From a bacterium (lineage in GTDB: Bacteria > Zhuqueibacterota > Zhuqueibacteria > Zhuqueibacterales > Zhuqueibacteraceae), in NCBI GenBank assembly GCA_044869275.1, contig JBIOXB010000070.1:1-43337 (forward strand): 43,337 nucleotides of DNA, written 5' to 3'. Shown piece by piece: positions 34,991-43,337 of the stretch. The stretch's first letter is position 1, and each line of letters begins with the position of its first letter. Made by a program: the position numbers and the translations under genes. The notes beneath the pieces are model-generated. The model did no database searches, was not told the origin of the DNA, and saw only the letters and a program-made list of their open reading frames with translations.

Positions 34991-36429
34991 GTATGTCGTG
35001 GCAGGCTTTTGACCGGGTTTATTTCAAGTTCATGGCGCCGGGGTTAATTGCTGCCGCCGGGATCTTTTTTGTGTTGATCGCACCCTGGCACAAACAACAT
35101 TTGCTCATCGACTTTTTCGTGCTGTACTACGCGCTCATCTTTTTTTCCCAATGGCGGTTCGGCAAGCCTACTGCCCCGCCGGCATCATTGCAGCTGAGAA
35201 AACTGGATCCGGAAACTTTTACGCATTTGCAGAACATCGCGCTGCAGGAATATCAATACATCCAAGAAACCATGGCGCAAGCCATGGACGATCGGCACAC
35301 ACTGATCAACTATTTTTTGCTGACTGCCGGCGTAATGATTGCCGCTATCGGCGGGATTTACAGCCAGGAGGGCATGCAATACTCGCCGTACAAAAAGCAC
35401 ATCACCATCGCGCTGTGTTTGATTTTTTGTTTTGTGGCGTGGATCTATTTGTTGAAGATCGTGCGCTTGCGGCAGGCATGGTGTGAAAGTTGCGCAGCAA
35501 TGAATCGCATCAAGGAGTTTTTTCTGATCAACACCGGCGTTGACGATGAAGAGACCAGCCCGTTCTTCTGGAAAACCGCCACGATACCGCGCGCTGCCAG
35601 GAAAGGCAATCTCTTTCATCTCGAAGTCGTATTGATCAGCTTTTTGGCCTCCGTTACAATTGGCGTGGTGAGCGTGTTGTTGTCGAGCGCGCACGACTGG
35701 CGGGCAACATTCGGCGTTCCCATATTTTTTTTCATACTAAGTTTTTTCTTGCTCACCTCCGCCTATTCCATTTTTTTGAAAGAACAACCCGTGCGCATAA
35801 CGCAGCGCACCTCCCATGCCCTGCGCGCAGAGATACTTGCGCAACGCCCGACACGAGTCCTTATAAAAAAGGAAGAGACGATTTTGCAGGACTTTTTCAC
35901 CGTGCACAAGGCCACACTGCAATTCGAAAAATATAACGGGCCACTGAGCCCGGAAATACAGAGATTGAATTTGGTGCGCGGGCAATCGTCCGCGATTTTA
36001 CTTTTCGACGAAGCCGAGCACGAGTTCGTTTTTGTGGAGCAATTTCGCTACCCCGCTTATGACTACAATCGGGAAAGCGGGTGGCTCATCGAGGTGATTG
36101 CCGGCATCGTGGATGAGGGTGAGACGCCGCGTGCAACCGCGTTACGTGAAGCACGGGAAGAAACCGGCTATGAAGTGGAGAAAATCGAAAAGCTCACAGA
36201 GTTTTATGTTTCACCCGGCGGCTCCTCGGAACGCGTCTTCGTTTTTTGGGGAAAACTCGGCTCTCGAACAGGCAAAGGCGGAGGCAATAGCAGCGAGGCC
36301 GAGGACATTCGCCTCGTGCGCATTCCCGTCCCGCTGGCATACCAGCTTCTTGATGAGGGCTTTTTTGAGGATGCTAAAACCATTGTGGCGCTGCGCGCGT
36401 TATACAGCCGGGTGCAGCGTGAAGTGTAG
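34987..36429 (+). CDS. Multi-pass membrane domain fused to an ADP-ribose-pyrophosphatase-like NUDIX hydrolase
   Basis: About 6 TM segments in the N-terminal half. EQFRYP, Nudix box GIVDEGETPRATALREAREETG, SPGGSSE, GGG..E.EDI and DAKT (NudF/NudK-like). ATGA overlap with the upstream gene. Confidence 0.88.
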   Translation: MSMSWQAFDRVYFKFMAPGLIAAAGIFFVLIAPWHKQHLLIDFFVLYYALIFFSQWRFGKPTAPPASLQLRKLDPETFTHLQNIALQEYQYIQETMAQAMDDRHTLINYFLLTAGVMIAAIGGIYSQEGMQYSPYKKHITIALCLIFCFVAWIYLLKIVRLRQAWCESCAAMNRIKEFFLINTGVDDEETSPFFWKTATIPRAARKGNLFHLEVVLISFLASVTIGVVSVLLSSAHDWRATFGVPIFFFILSFFLLTSAYSIFLKEQPVRITQRTSHALRAEILAQRPTRVLIKKEETILQDFFTVHKATLQFEKYNGPLSPEIQRLNLVRGQSSAILLFDEAEHEFVFVEQFRYPAYDYNRESGWLIEVIAGIVDEGETPRATALREAREETGYEVEKIEKLTEFYVSPGGSSERVFVFWGKLGSRTGKGGGNSSEAEDIRLVRIPVPLAYQLLDEGFFEDAKTIVALRALYSRVQREV

Positions 36430-36501
36430 TATATTACGCCATAAATAAAACTTGTGTATAGCCACTCATTGGAAAGCCTGGAAAGTAAGGAGAGCTCCAG
36501 C

Positions 36502-38235
36502 ATGTCGATCATAAGCGATAGGGATGCAATCCGCTATATACTCATAGGATTGAATGTGCCGGGGCAAGATCGCCATGCGCGTTTTGCCTGCTATTTAGGG
36601 GCGGGTGCCTCTGCTGAAGCTGGGGTAAAGACAACGGAGCAGATTTGTAAAGAAATTTGGGATGAGCTGCTAAAGGCGAGTCAATTCTCAAACGAAGACG
36701 ATCAAATCCAGGGTTTGAAGAAAAGACTGAATTGGAATGATCCCAGCCTGCGGTATGTATCCTGCATCAGAGAGGGTTACCCCGATCGCTCCATGCGCGT
36801 CGAATATTTCAGAAGCATTCTGCGGGGCATAACACCGTCGTTTTGCCATCATGCGCTCGCGCTCCTGATAAAATACCGCTATTTTAAAAGCACTTGTCTC
36901 ACCACCAACTTCGACAAGCTCATTGAAAGCGCGTTCATACAACAAATCGATTCAGAGTGTCAACCAATAAGAACCGATGAAGAGGTTCAGTTTTGGGCAA
37001 ATGTAGAAGACCGGCATTATGTTGTTAAACTGCATGGAGACTACGATACACACAACATTCTAAATACCAGTGATGAGACTGTCAGTATTAGCGACAGACT
37101 GCAAAGTGCAGCAGCAAGCCTCTTGGAGTTCGCTGGCTTAGTTGTGATCGGTACTGCAGGATATGAGAAAAGCATTCATACGCTATTTGATCATCTTAGT
37201 AAGAAAGCAGTTATGGAGGACAAGATATTGAGATATGGACTGCTCTGGGGAGTCTATATGGGCCCGTCTAGGCCCAAAGGATTAACAGCGGGTGATATTG
37301 AGCATCTCGTTCAGGAAAGACTTGAACAGAGCGAAATCAGCAGAGATATTCGTAAAATGATCGAACGCACAAGACAAAAGGAGCGCCTGTTTTGCTTCTT
37401 CCCAGTATGGGGCGCCGGAAATTTTATGTACGAGCTTATTAAAGCTACCGGAAATAAAAAACTGAAAGGTTTGGCTGAGCTGTATCTCGATCGAGAAATG
37501 CGACTCAGGCATGAGTTCACAGAGGCCGGTTTGCTCGAAGAAGCAATAAACAATCACCTTTCAAGGCTAGAGCTCAAGCGCACGTATCCAAAGGAATCCG
37601 ATGACGATCGCAAACCACCCACACGAGTATACAGCGCGCATAGCAAAACAAGTCCGGTTGAAATTCAATTATTGTATGGAGACATAACCAGCCGAACTTT
37701 CATGGGTGCCCAGGAATTCCAATCGCGCCGCCGTGCGATCATCAGCCCAGATGACACTTTCATTACTGCAGGAGGTGGTGTTGCTGAGGGCTTGTTGAAT
37801 AAAGCTGGCCGGCAATTCATTCTGAATGAACTTGCGAAATTTTCACCCATTCCACAATGTTCATTGGCAGTTACCTCCGCCGGTAACCTGCCCGTACACT
37901 ACATATTTCACGTAGCTGCAATCGAGGTGAAACACGATGCCACGTATTCCGTGTCGAAACGGTCCGTGCACGATTCGATGATCGCAGCGTTGGAGAAAGC
38001 ATCTGCTTTGGCAGTTGGAGCTTTATGGGTGCCATTGATGGGTACCGGAGCTGCTGCTCTTCCTGCCAAGGAATCTTTAGAAGGCATTTTAGAGGCAATT
38101 TGTCAATGGGAAAATACGAATGCCATGCCGATCACTATCCTGATCTTTATATATGACTACGCAACTCTCGAAAGACATATTGTCTACCAATCGATGCAAG
38201 ATATGCTTCTCTCTCGATTCACTCTCAAGGAATAG
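36502..38235 (+). CDS. SIR2-like (SIR2_2) domain fused to a C-terminal Macro domain
   Basis: SIR2: LGAGASAEAG, TTNFD, KLHGD, LVVIG. Macro: GDIT, GGGVA, TSAGNLP..YIFH, PLMGTG. AAGGAG Shine-Dalgarno before ATG 36502. Confidence 0.88.
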   Translation: MSIISDRDAIRYILIGLNVPGQDRHARFACYLGAGASAEAGVKTTEQICKEIWDELLKASQFSNEDDQIQGLKKRLNWNDPSLRYVSCIREGYPDRSMRVEYFRSILRGITPSFCHHALALLIKYRYFKSTCLTTNFDKLIESAFIQQIDSECQPIRTDEEVQFWANVEDRHYVVKLHGDYDTHNILNTSDETVSISDRLQSAAASLLEFAGLVVIGTAGYEKSIHTLFDHLSKKAVMEDKILRYGLLWGVYMGPSRPKGLTAGDIEHLVQERLEQSEISRDIRKMIERTRQKERLFCFFPVWGAGNFMYELIKATGNKKLKGLAELYLDREMRLRHEFTEAGLLEEAINNHLSRLELKRTYPKESDDDRKPPTRVYSAHSKTSPVEIQLLYGDITSRTFMGAQEFQSRRRAIISPDDTFITAGGGVAEGLLNKAGRQFILNELAKFSPIPQCSLAVTSAGNLPVHYIFHVAAIEVKHDATYSVSKRSVHDSMIAALEKASALAVGALWVPLMGTGAAALPAKESLEGILEAICQWENTNAMPITILIFIYDYATLERHIVYQSMQDMLLSRFTLKE

Positions 38236-38268
38236 AATTGCTTTATTGTTGCTTTGCGATCAATTTGA

Positions 38269-39204
38269 TTAGCGCGCGCGTTCAGAAATCGGCGCCGAGA
38301 CATCTGCTGTCGCCGGCAAGGTAGGCGAGGGCGCGGCCGAGCCGGCCAGCCGCACCAGCACATTGTCGCCCGCACTCGCCTTCAGACTATCTCCGGCACT
38401 GGCGACGAAGCGCGCGAGCTCCAACAGGCCCTGTCCGTTTAACAAAAGCACAAACTCTCCCCTGCCCACGGCGCCATAGCGATCGGCAAACTTGGCGTTG
38501 GCGACACGATCCTTGACGACGAATTCGAGCGCCATGCCTGTGCGCCATCCCGATTGCACCAGAACGGTTGCCGGAATATTGGTGACCAGATTGCCGTAAT
38601 GATCGCAATGCAAAACTTCGCCCGTAATTGTGTTGTTTTTGAATGCCGCAGGAATGCGTTCCAGCTGCACCGGGCTTGGCACGAGCGGCCCGGCTTCGCT
38701 CATATTCTTGCCTTTGGAGAGATGCGCTGCGGCAGGCGCGAATACGTCGCGGCCATAAAACGTATTGGAGACGGCGCCGCGCCGGAACCACAAAACATTG
38801 TTGATCTCCACCGCCCGCTTGAAGCCGAGCGAGTTCATCACGTCGGTGAAAATGCCGTTGTCCGGGCCGACAAAATACTTTTGATCGAGGGTTTCAACGA
38901 TGATGGGCCTGCGCGAGCTACCCGATTCGGGATCCACAATCGCCACGAAAATTGTGCCTTTGGGAAATTCACGCGCGGCTGCCGCCAGCAAATAGCTCGC
39001 TTCGCGAATGTCGTAATTGGGCACGGCGTGGCTCAGGCTGAGCACCCGCGCGCCGGGGTTCATGGAAACGATCACGCCTTGCATGGTGCTGGCGTAGGGA
39101 TCGTCCCAGCCATAATCGGTGAGTAAGGCAATGGTGGGTTGTGAATTGCAGCCGCAAAACCAAAAGATCGCGCTGCACGCAAAGTTGAAGGCTCGTTTCA
39201 ACAT
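38269..39204 (-). CDS. DUF62 SAM hydroxide adenosyltransferase / SAM-dependent halogenase family protein
   Basis: LLTDYG..D.Y, VDP..G..RR, VGPDNG, TFYGRDVFAP and DHYGN.VTN motifs. AAGGA Shine-Dalgarno before ATG 39204. Confidence 0.9.
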   Translation of the reverse strand: MLKRAFNFACSAIFWFCGCNSQPTIALLTDYGWDDPYASTMQGVIVSMNPGARVLSLSHAVPNYDIREASYLLAAAAREFPKGTIFVAIVDPESGSSRRPIIVETLDQKYFVGPDNGIFTDVMNSLGFKRAVEINNVLWFRRGAVSNTFYGRDVFAPAAAHLSKGKNMSEAGPLVPSPVQLERIPAAFKNNTITGEVLHCDHYGNLVTNIPATVLVQSGWRTGMALEFVVKDRVANAKFADRYGAVGRGEFVLLLNGQGLLELARFVASAGDSLKASAGDNVLVRLAGSAAPSPTLPATADVSAPISERAR

Positions 39205-39252
39205 TCCTTTTCTCCGGATGGTGGCCAAGCTCGTAGCCGTCAAAACCAGCAC

Positions 39253-39277
39253 TGTCATTCCGGCCAGGCCGGAATTC
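39253..39277. repeat. Half REP (TGTCATTCCGGC-CAG-GCCGGAAT)
   Basis: Same TGTCATTCC-hairpin architecture as the 9841 element. Confidence 0.6.
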
Positions 39278-39398
39278 TTTCCGCTAAAAATAAGGGGCAA
39301 TCTCCAAAAGAGATTGCCCCAGCTTTGTTGCCGCATCGAGGAAGCTCATCGAACTGGTGCGAGGTCATTCTATCCAGGCGTTCACTCTCGTTCCTACG

Positions 39399-39426
39399 CT
39401 TGCTCCCCTTGTGCAAGGGGAGCAAG
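39399..39426. repeat. Perfect 13-bp inverted repeat downstream of rocD
   Basis: CTTGCTCCCCTTG-TG-CAAGGGGAGCAAG with no clear U-tract; REP-like or an mRNA stabiliser. Confidence 0.7.
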
Positions 39427-39483
39427 GTCAAAAGGACGAGCAGGAGTGAAGTTATTTGAAGCGCAAGTCTGCGCGCGGACGAT

Positions 39484-40779
39484 TCAATCCATCGTCTCCA
39501 AAACTTTTTTCACGCGTTCGAAAGCCCAATCCAAATCCGGCCGCGTGATTACCAGCGGCGGGGCGAAGCGAATCACGTGCTGATGCGTTTCTTTGCAGAG
39601 CATGCCTTCGTGGCGCAGCGCTTCGCAGAATCGCCGGGCGCCTCCGGCCTCGGGATGCAATTCCACGCCGATGAACAAGCCGCGGCCGCGAATGGTCTTC
39701 ACGTGTTTGCTTTTGATCGTGTTCAGGCGATCCATGAAATGCTGGCCCAATTCCGCGGACCTTTCCACCAGCTTTTCCTCGGTCAGAACCTTCAAGGCTT
39801 CACGCGCCACGGCGCAAGCCAGCGCGTTGGCGCCAAACGTGCTGCCGTGATCGCCGGGCCGGAAAAGCCCGAGAATCTCACGGGTGGAAACAACGGCGGA
39901 AACCGGATAAAAACCGCCCGACAAGGCTTTTCCCAAAATCAAAACGTCGGGATTGACCTCGGGTTCATGCTGGTAGGCGAACAACTTGCCGGTGCGTCCC
40001 AGGCCGGTTTGAATTTCGTCCATCATCAACAAGACCTTGCGCTCACGGCAAAGCTTGCTCACTTGCGTAAAATAGCCGGGCGGCGGCATGAGAATTCCGC
40101 CTTCGCCCTGACTCGGCTCGACCAGAAACGCCGCGGTATTGGGCGTGATCGCGTTTGACAGCGCCTCGATTTCACCATACGGGATGAACACGAAGCCCGG
40201 CGTCAACGGGCCAAAGTGTTCGCGATACTGCGGCTCAGTGGAAGCGGAAATCACCGTGGTGGTACGGCCGTGAAAATTGCCATAGCACACGATGATTTCG
40301 GCACGGTCATGCGGAATGCCCTTTTTGACATAGCCCCACTTGCGCGCGGTTTTGATGGCGGTCTCCACGGCCTCTGCGCCGGTGTTCATGGGCAGCACCA
40401 TTTCCATGCCGCACAACTCGACCAGCTCTTTGTAAAAAAGTCCAGTTTGATCGTTGCGAAATGCGCGCGAGGTGAGCGTGGCGCGCTGGGCTTGCTCGAC
40501 CAACGCTTTGTAGATGCGCGGATGGCAATGGCCCTGGCTCACGGCGGAATACGCGCTCAAAAAATCGAGGTATTTCTTGCCTTCGACGTCGTAAATCCAA
40601 ATGCCTTCGGCGCGCGTGACCACGATATCGAGCGGGTGATAAATGTGGGCGCCGTACACTTCTTCCAAATCAACATAGTCTTGTGAACTCAAAGCGCGCT
40701 TTTCCGAAGGCGGCAGGTGGGTTTTGCCGTTATGCTTTACGCTTTTTTTAACAACGGTCGTGCGGTCAGTGGTGATCAT
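39484..40779 (-). CDS. rocD: Ornithine--oxo-acid aminotransferase
   Basis: [57 protein letters not shown] and HGSTFG motifs. Confidence 0.95.
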   Translation of the reverse strand: MITTDRTTVVKKSVKHNGKTHLPPSEKRALSSQDYVDLEEVYGAHIYHPLDIVVTRAEGIWIYDVEGKKYLDFLSAYSAVSQGHCHPRIYKALVEQAQRATLTSRAFRNDQTGLFYKELVELCGMEMVLPMNTGAEAVETAIKTARKWGYVKKGIPHDRAEIIVCYGNFHGRTTTVISASTEPQYREHFGPLTPGFVFIPYGEIEALSNAITPNTAAFLVEPSQGEGGILMPPPGYFTQVSKLCRERKVLLMMDEIQTGLGRTGKLFAYQHEPEVNPDVLILGKALSGGFYPVSAVVSTREILGLFRPGDHGSTFGANALACAVAREALKVLTEEKLVERSAELGQHFMDRLNTIKSKHVKTIRGRGLFIGVELHPEAGGARRFCEALRHEGMLCKETHQHVIRFAPPLVITRPDLDWAFERVKKVLETMD

Positions 40780-40939
40780 GGCCCTCTCCTTGCATTAGGT
40801 TGATGAAGGATTCTGGGAGCTTCCCCAAAACATTCACCCTCTGATCCCAAATAAATGTAGGGAAGTCTCCGCAAAAAGCAAACAAGAAAATCTTCGTATA
40901 TTAATGCCAAAAATCTGAGATTGATGCAGGAGGGAAGCA

Positions 40940-42268
40940 CTATTCCCAGCCGTATTTGCCGGTTTCGTCCATGCGGGCGATCAAAACGGCCGGTATTGGT
41001 GGAGATACAGGGGTGATTTGATAGCAGGAATGAGCCGCTTGCATCCAATCGGGGGAGAGCGGGACGGTCGAGCTTTGCAGCGTGGCGAGGGGTTCACCTG
41101 CGGCGATACGATCGCCGACTTTTTTGTGCAAGGTCATGCCTGCCAGCGGATCAATTGATTGTTTGAGATGGGCACGGCCCGCGCCCAGTCGCATGGAGAT
41201 TTGGCCGAGTCGGCGCGCGTCCATTTGGGCAACAAAACCGGCCCGGTCAGCAAACACTCTTTCAATATACTCCGGCGCAGGATATTTCTCGGGCCGTTCG
41301 AGAACGGCGGTATTGCCGTTTTGAGCTCTTACGATCGCCAGAAATTTCTCCCAAGCCGCGCCGTTTTTCAACAAGAGCGATAATTCCTGCATTCCGGCGC
41401 GGACATGGCTGATTCTGCCCGCGGCTTGCAGCATGGCCGCTCCCAAAGCCAACGTCACTTGTTCCACCTCTTGCGGGCCGCGGCCGTGCAGAACCTCGAT
41501 CGCCTCCAAAACTTCCAGCCAATTTCCGATCGTGTTGCCCAAGGGTTGCGACATGTTCGTCAGCACCGCAGTCGTTTTCAAGTTGAAATGGCGCGCGGTT
41601 TCGATCAAACGCCGTGCCAAGGCTTCGGCATGAGCAACGTCTCCGAAAATCGCACCCCCTCCCGCTTTAACGTCGAGCACCAATGCGTCCAGGCCTTCGG
41701 CGAGTTTTTTGCTCAAGATGCTCGCGCAAATCAAGGGGATGGCGGGAACGGTTCCCGTCACATCGCGCAGAGCATAAAGGCGCCGATCAGCCGGGCAAAT
41801 CTCCGCGGTTTGCCCAATCAGGCACGCGCCGATTTGTGCGGTGAGCCGGCGAAATTCATCCAATGAAATCTGCGTGCGAAAACCAGGAATAGCTTCGAGC
41901 TTGTCGAGCGTGCCGCCCGTGTGTCCCAAACCACGGCCGGAGATCATCGGCACATAAATGCCGGCGGCCGCGAGCAAGGGCGCGAGAATGAGGGAGACTT
42001 TATCACCCACGCCGCCGGTGCTGTGCTTATCGACTTTCGGAGCGCCGAGATGCGAAAAATCCAGCACCACGCCCGAATCACGCATCAAACGCGTGAGCGT
42101 GACGGTCTCGCGCTCGTCCATTCCGCGAAAATAAATTGCCATCAGCAGTGCGGACATTTGATAATCGGGAATACCGTCGTTCAAATATCCGTCGATGATG
42201 AAGGCCATTTCCTCATCCCGCAAGGCCTGGCCATCGCGTTTTTTTTGGATCAGCTCGACAATGGTCAT
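40940..42268 (-). CDS. pdp: Pyrimidine-nucleoside (thymidine) phosphorylase
   Basis: DKHSTGGVGDK, SGRGLGHTGGTLDKLE, YALRDVT and SILSKK motifs. Confidence 0.95.
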   Translation of the reverse strand: MTIVELIQKKRDGQALRDEEMAFIIDGYLNDGIPDYQMSALLMAIYFRGMDERETVTLTRLMRDSGVVLDFSHLGAPKVDKHSTGGVGDKVSLILAPLLAAAGIYVPMISGRGLGHTGGTLDKLEAIPGFRTQISLDEFRRLTAQIGACLIGQTAEICPADRRLYALRDVTGTVPAIPLICASILSKKLAEGLDALVLDVKAGGGAIFGDVAHAEALARRLIETARHFNLKTTAVLTNMSQPLGNTIGNWLEVLEAIEVLHGRGPQEVEQVTLALGAAMLQAAGRISHVRAGMQELSLLLKNGAAWEKFLAIVRAQNGNTAVLERPEKYPAPEYIERVFADRAGFVAQMDARRLGQISMRLGAGRAHLKQSIDPLAGMTLHKKVGDRIAAGEPLATLQSSTVPLSPDWMQAAHSCYQITPVSPPIPAVLIARMDETGKYGWE

Positions 42269-43095
42269 CACGCTGCTTTCTTATGCTCGACAATCGCAAT
42301 GCTTGCCGAAGCCCCCAGCCGCGTAGCGCCCGCTTCGATCATTCTGGCGGCCAGGTCGTATTCTCGGATGCCGCCGGCCGCCTTCACGCCCAGTTGCTCC
42401 CCCACCACGCGCCGCATGAGAGCAACGTCCTCGATCTTCGCACCGCTGGGGCCAAAGCCGGTGGAGGTTTTCACGAAATGCGCGCCCGCTTCGCGCGCCA
42501 GCAACGAGGCTTTGATTTTTTCTTCGTCGGTGAGGTAGCAATTCTCCAAAATCACTTTGACATGCGCGGGCTGCGCCGCGATGACAATTTCGTGGATCTC
42601 CTGTGCGATGAAATCGTATTCCCCCGATTTCAGGCGGCCGATATTGATCACCATGTCGATTTCGCAAGCGCCCTGCTGCACGCATTGCCGCGTCTCAAAG
42701 ACTTTTACCTCCATGGTACTCGCGCCCAGCGGAAATCCCACCACGGTGCACACCAATACCCCAGTGCCGCGCAGCAAATGCGCGCACAAAGAGACCCAGG
42801 TCGGGTTCACGCACACGCTGGCAAAATGATATTCCGCCGCCTCCTTGCACAGTTTTTCAACCTGCGCGCGCGTACCCTCGGGCTTGAGCAGGGTGTGATC
42901 GATGAAGCGCGCGACGTTGTCTTGCAGCGGGCCGATGCCGGGCTGCGCACTCACGCGGCACGCGCCGGAATCCACGATGCGCGATACGAAATCGGATTTG
43001 CATTCCGGGCACACCCAGCACCAATTGCAATGCGGCGCGTGCTTCCGTCCGGCTTCTTCGGCAATCATGCGATCTATCCGTGAAGTCAAGCTCAT
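42268..43095 (-). CDS. deoC: Deoxyribose-phosphate aldolase with Cys-rich N-terminal extension
   Basis: IDHTLLKP, VVGFPLG, EIDMV, FVKTSTGF, VKAAGGIR and RLGAS motifs. Confidence 0.96.
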   Translation of the reverse strand: MSLTSRIDRMIAEEAGRKHAPHCNWCWVCPECKSDFVSRIVDSGACRVSAQPGIGPLQDNVARFIDHTLLKPEGTRAQVEKLCKEAAEYHFASVCVNPTWVSLCAHLLRGTGVLVCTVVGFPLGASTMEVKVFETRQCVQQGACEIDMVINIGRLKSGEYDFIAQEIHEIVIAAQPAHVKVILENCYLTDEEKIKASLLAREAGAHFVKTSTGFGPSGAKIEDVALMRRVVGEQLGVKAAGGIREYDLAARMIEAGATRLGASASIAIVEHKKAA

Positions 43096-43130
43096 GTTGC
43101 GTGTCTCTCTCCTCCGCGAGGAATGGCGCG

Positions 43131-43337
43131 TTATGTAGACGCGGCGACATCCATATTATCGATCACGCCCACGATCACCGAATGCACGGGAATCTTGGGA
43201 TTGCCCAACAACATGCGGGCAGCGCCGCCTTCACGATTCACCAGAACCAAATCGTTCGGGCCGGCATCGGCCTTATCCAAGGCAATGATCGTTTCCCCCT
43301 TTGCGGTGACGCCATCGAGATCCACCGGTTGCACCAA
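43131..43337 (-). CDS. EutN/CcmL-family bacterial microcompartment vertex (BMC-P) protein, 5'-truncated by the window edge
   Basis: VQP.D..G......IALD...AG..DLVLV..EG.AAR....P...VIVGVID pattern. Confidence 0.9.
   Translation of the reverse strand: MVQPVDLDGVTAKGETIIALDKADAGPNDLVLVNREGGAARMLLGNPKIPVHSVIVGVIDNMDVAAST

Noticed and set aside
36502..38235. Canonical Thoeris system
   Set aside because: No TIR-domain ThsB nearby, and the architecture is neither SIR2-SLOG nor TM-Macro.
39205..39336. N-terminal extension of the DUF62 protein
   Set aside because: It crosses a half-REP (SGLAGMT); a good Shine-Dalgarno precedes ATG 39204.
39484..40779. rocD as part of the aminolipid operon (ornithine supply)
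   Set aside because: It lies more than 6 kb from the operon, is separated by opposite-strand genes, and appears to have its own upstream promoter region.

Overview
Gene-dense bacterial chromosome segment, moderately GC-rich, with genes mostly on the minus strand. Secreted proteins with FlgD-Ig/T9SS-like C-termini, a fused alpha/beta 2-oxoacid dehydrogenase and abundant REP-like repeats suggest an FCB-related lineage such as KSB1 or Calditrichota (inference only). The left end looks like the boundary of an island: a frameshifted gene fragment joined to a tRNA-Leu-like 3' half and its terminator. Housekeeping and catabolic genes follow (PfkB kinase, fabI, M28/M14/M55 peptidases, phoD, PLP decarboxylase, E1 dehydrogenase, SSS transporter). 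The candidate systems are: (i) an AT-richer SIR2-Macro fusion next to a transmembrane-NUDIX fusion, possibly NAD+/ADP-ribose defence or signalling; (ii) a 7-gene operon linking OlsB/OlsA-like acyltransferases with a hydrolase-DedA-ATP-grasp fusion and a ferric-reductase-Rieske module, possibly a new aminolipid pathway; (iii) a microcompartment vertex gene with a Cys-rich-extended deoC and pdp; (iv) a DUF62 enzyme with a halogenase-like His-to-Tyr change; (v) three-tier nested MITE/REP elements and 7-bp tandem-repeat tracts in intergenic DNA. No CRISPR array, rRNA, intact tRNA, transposase or integrase was seen.
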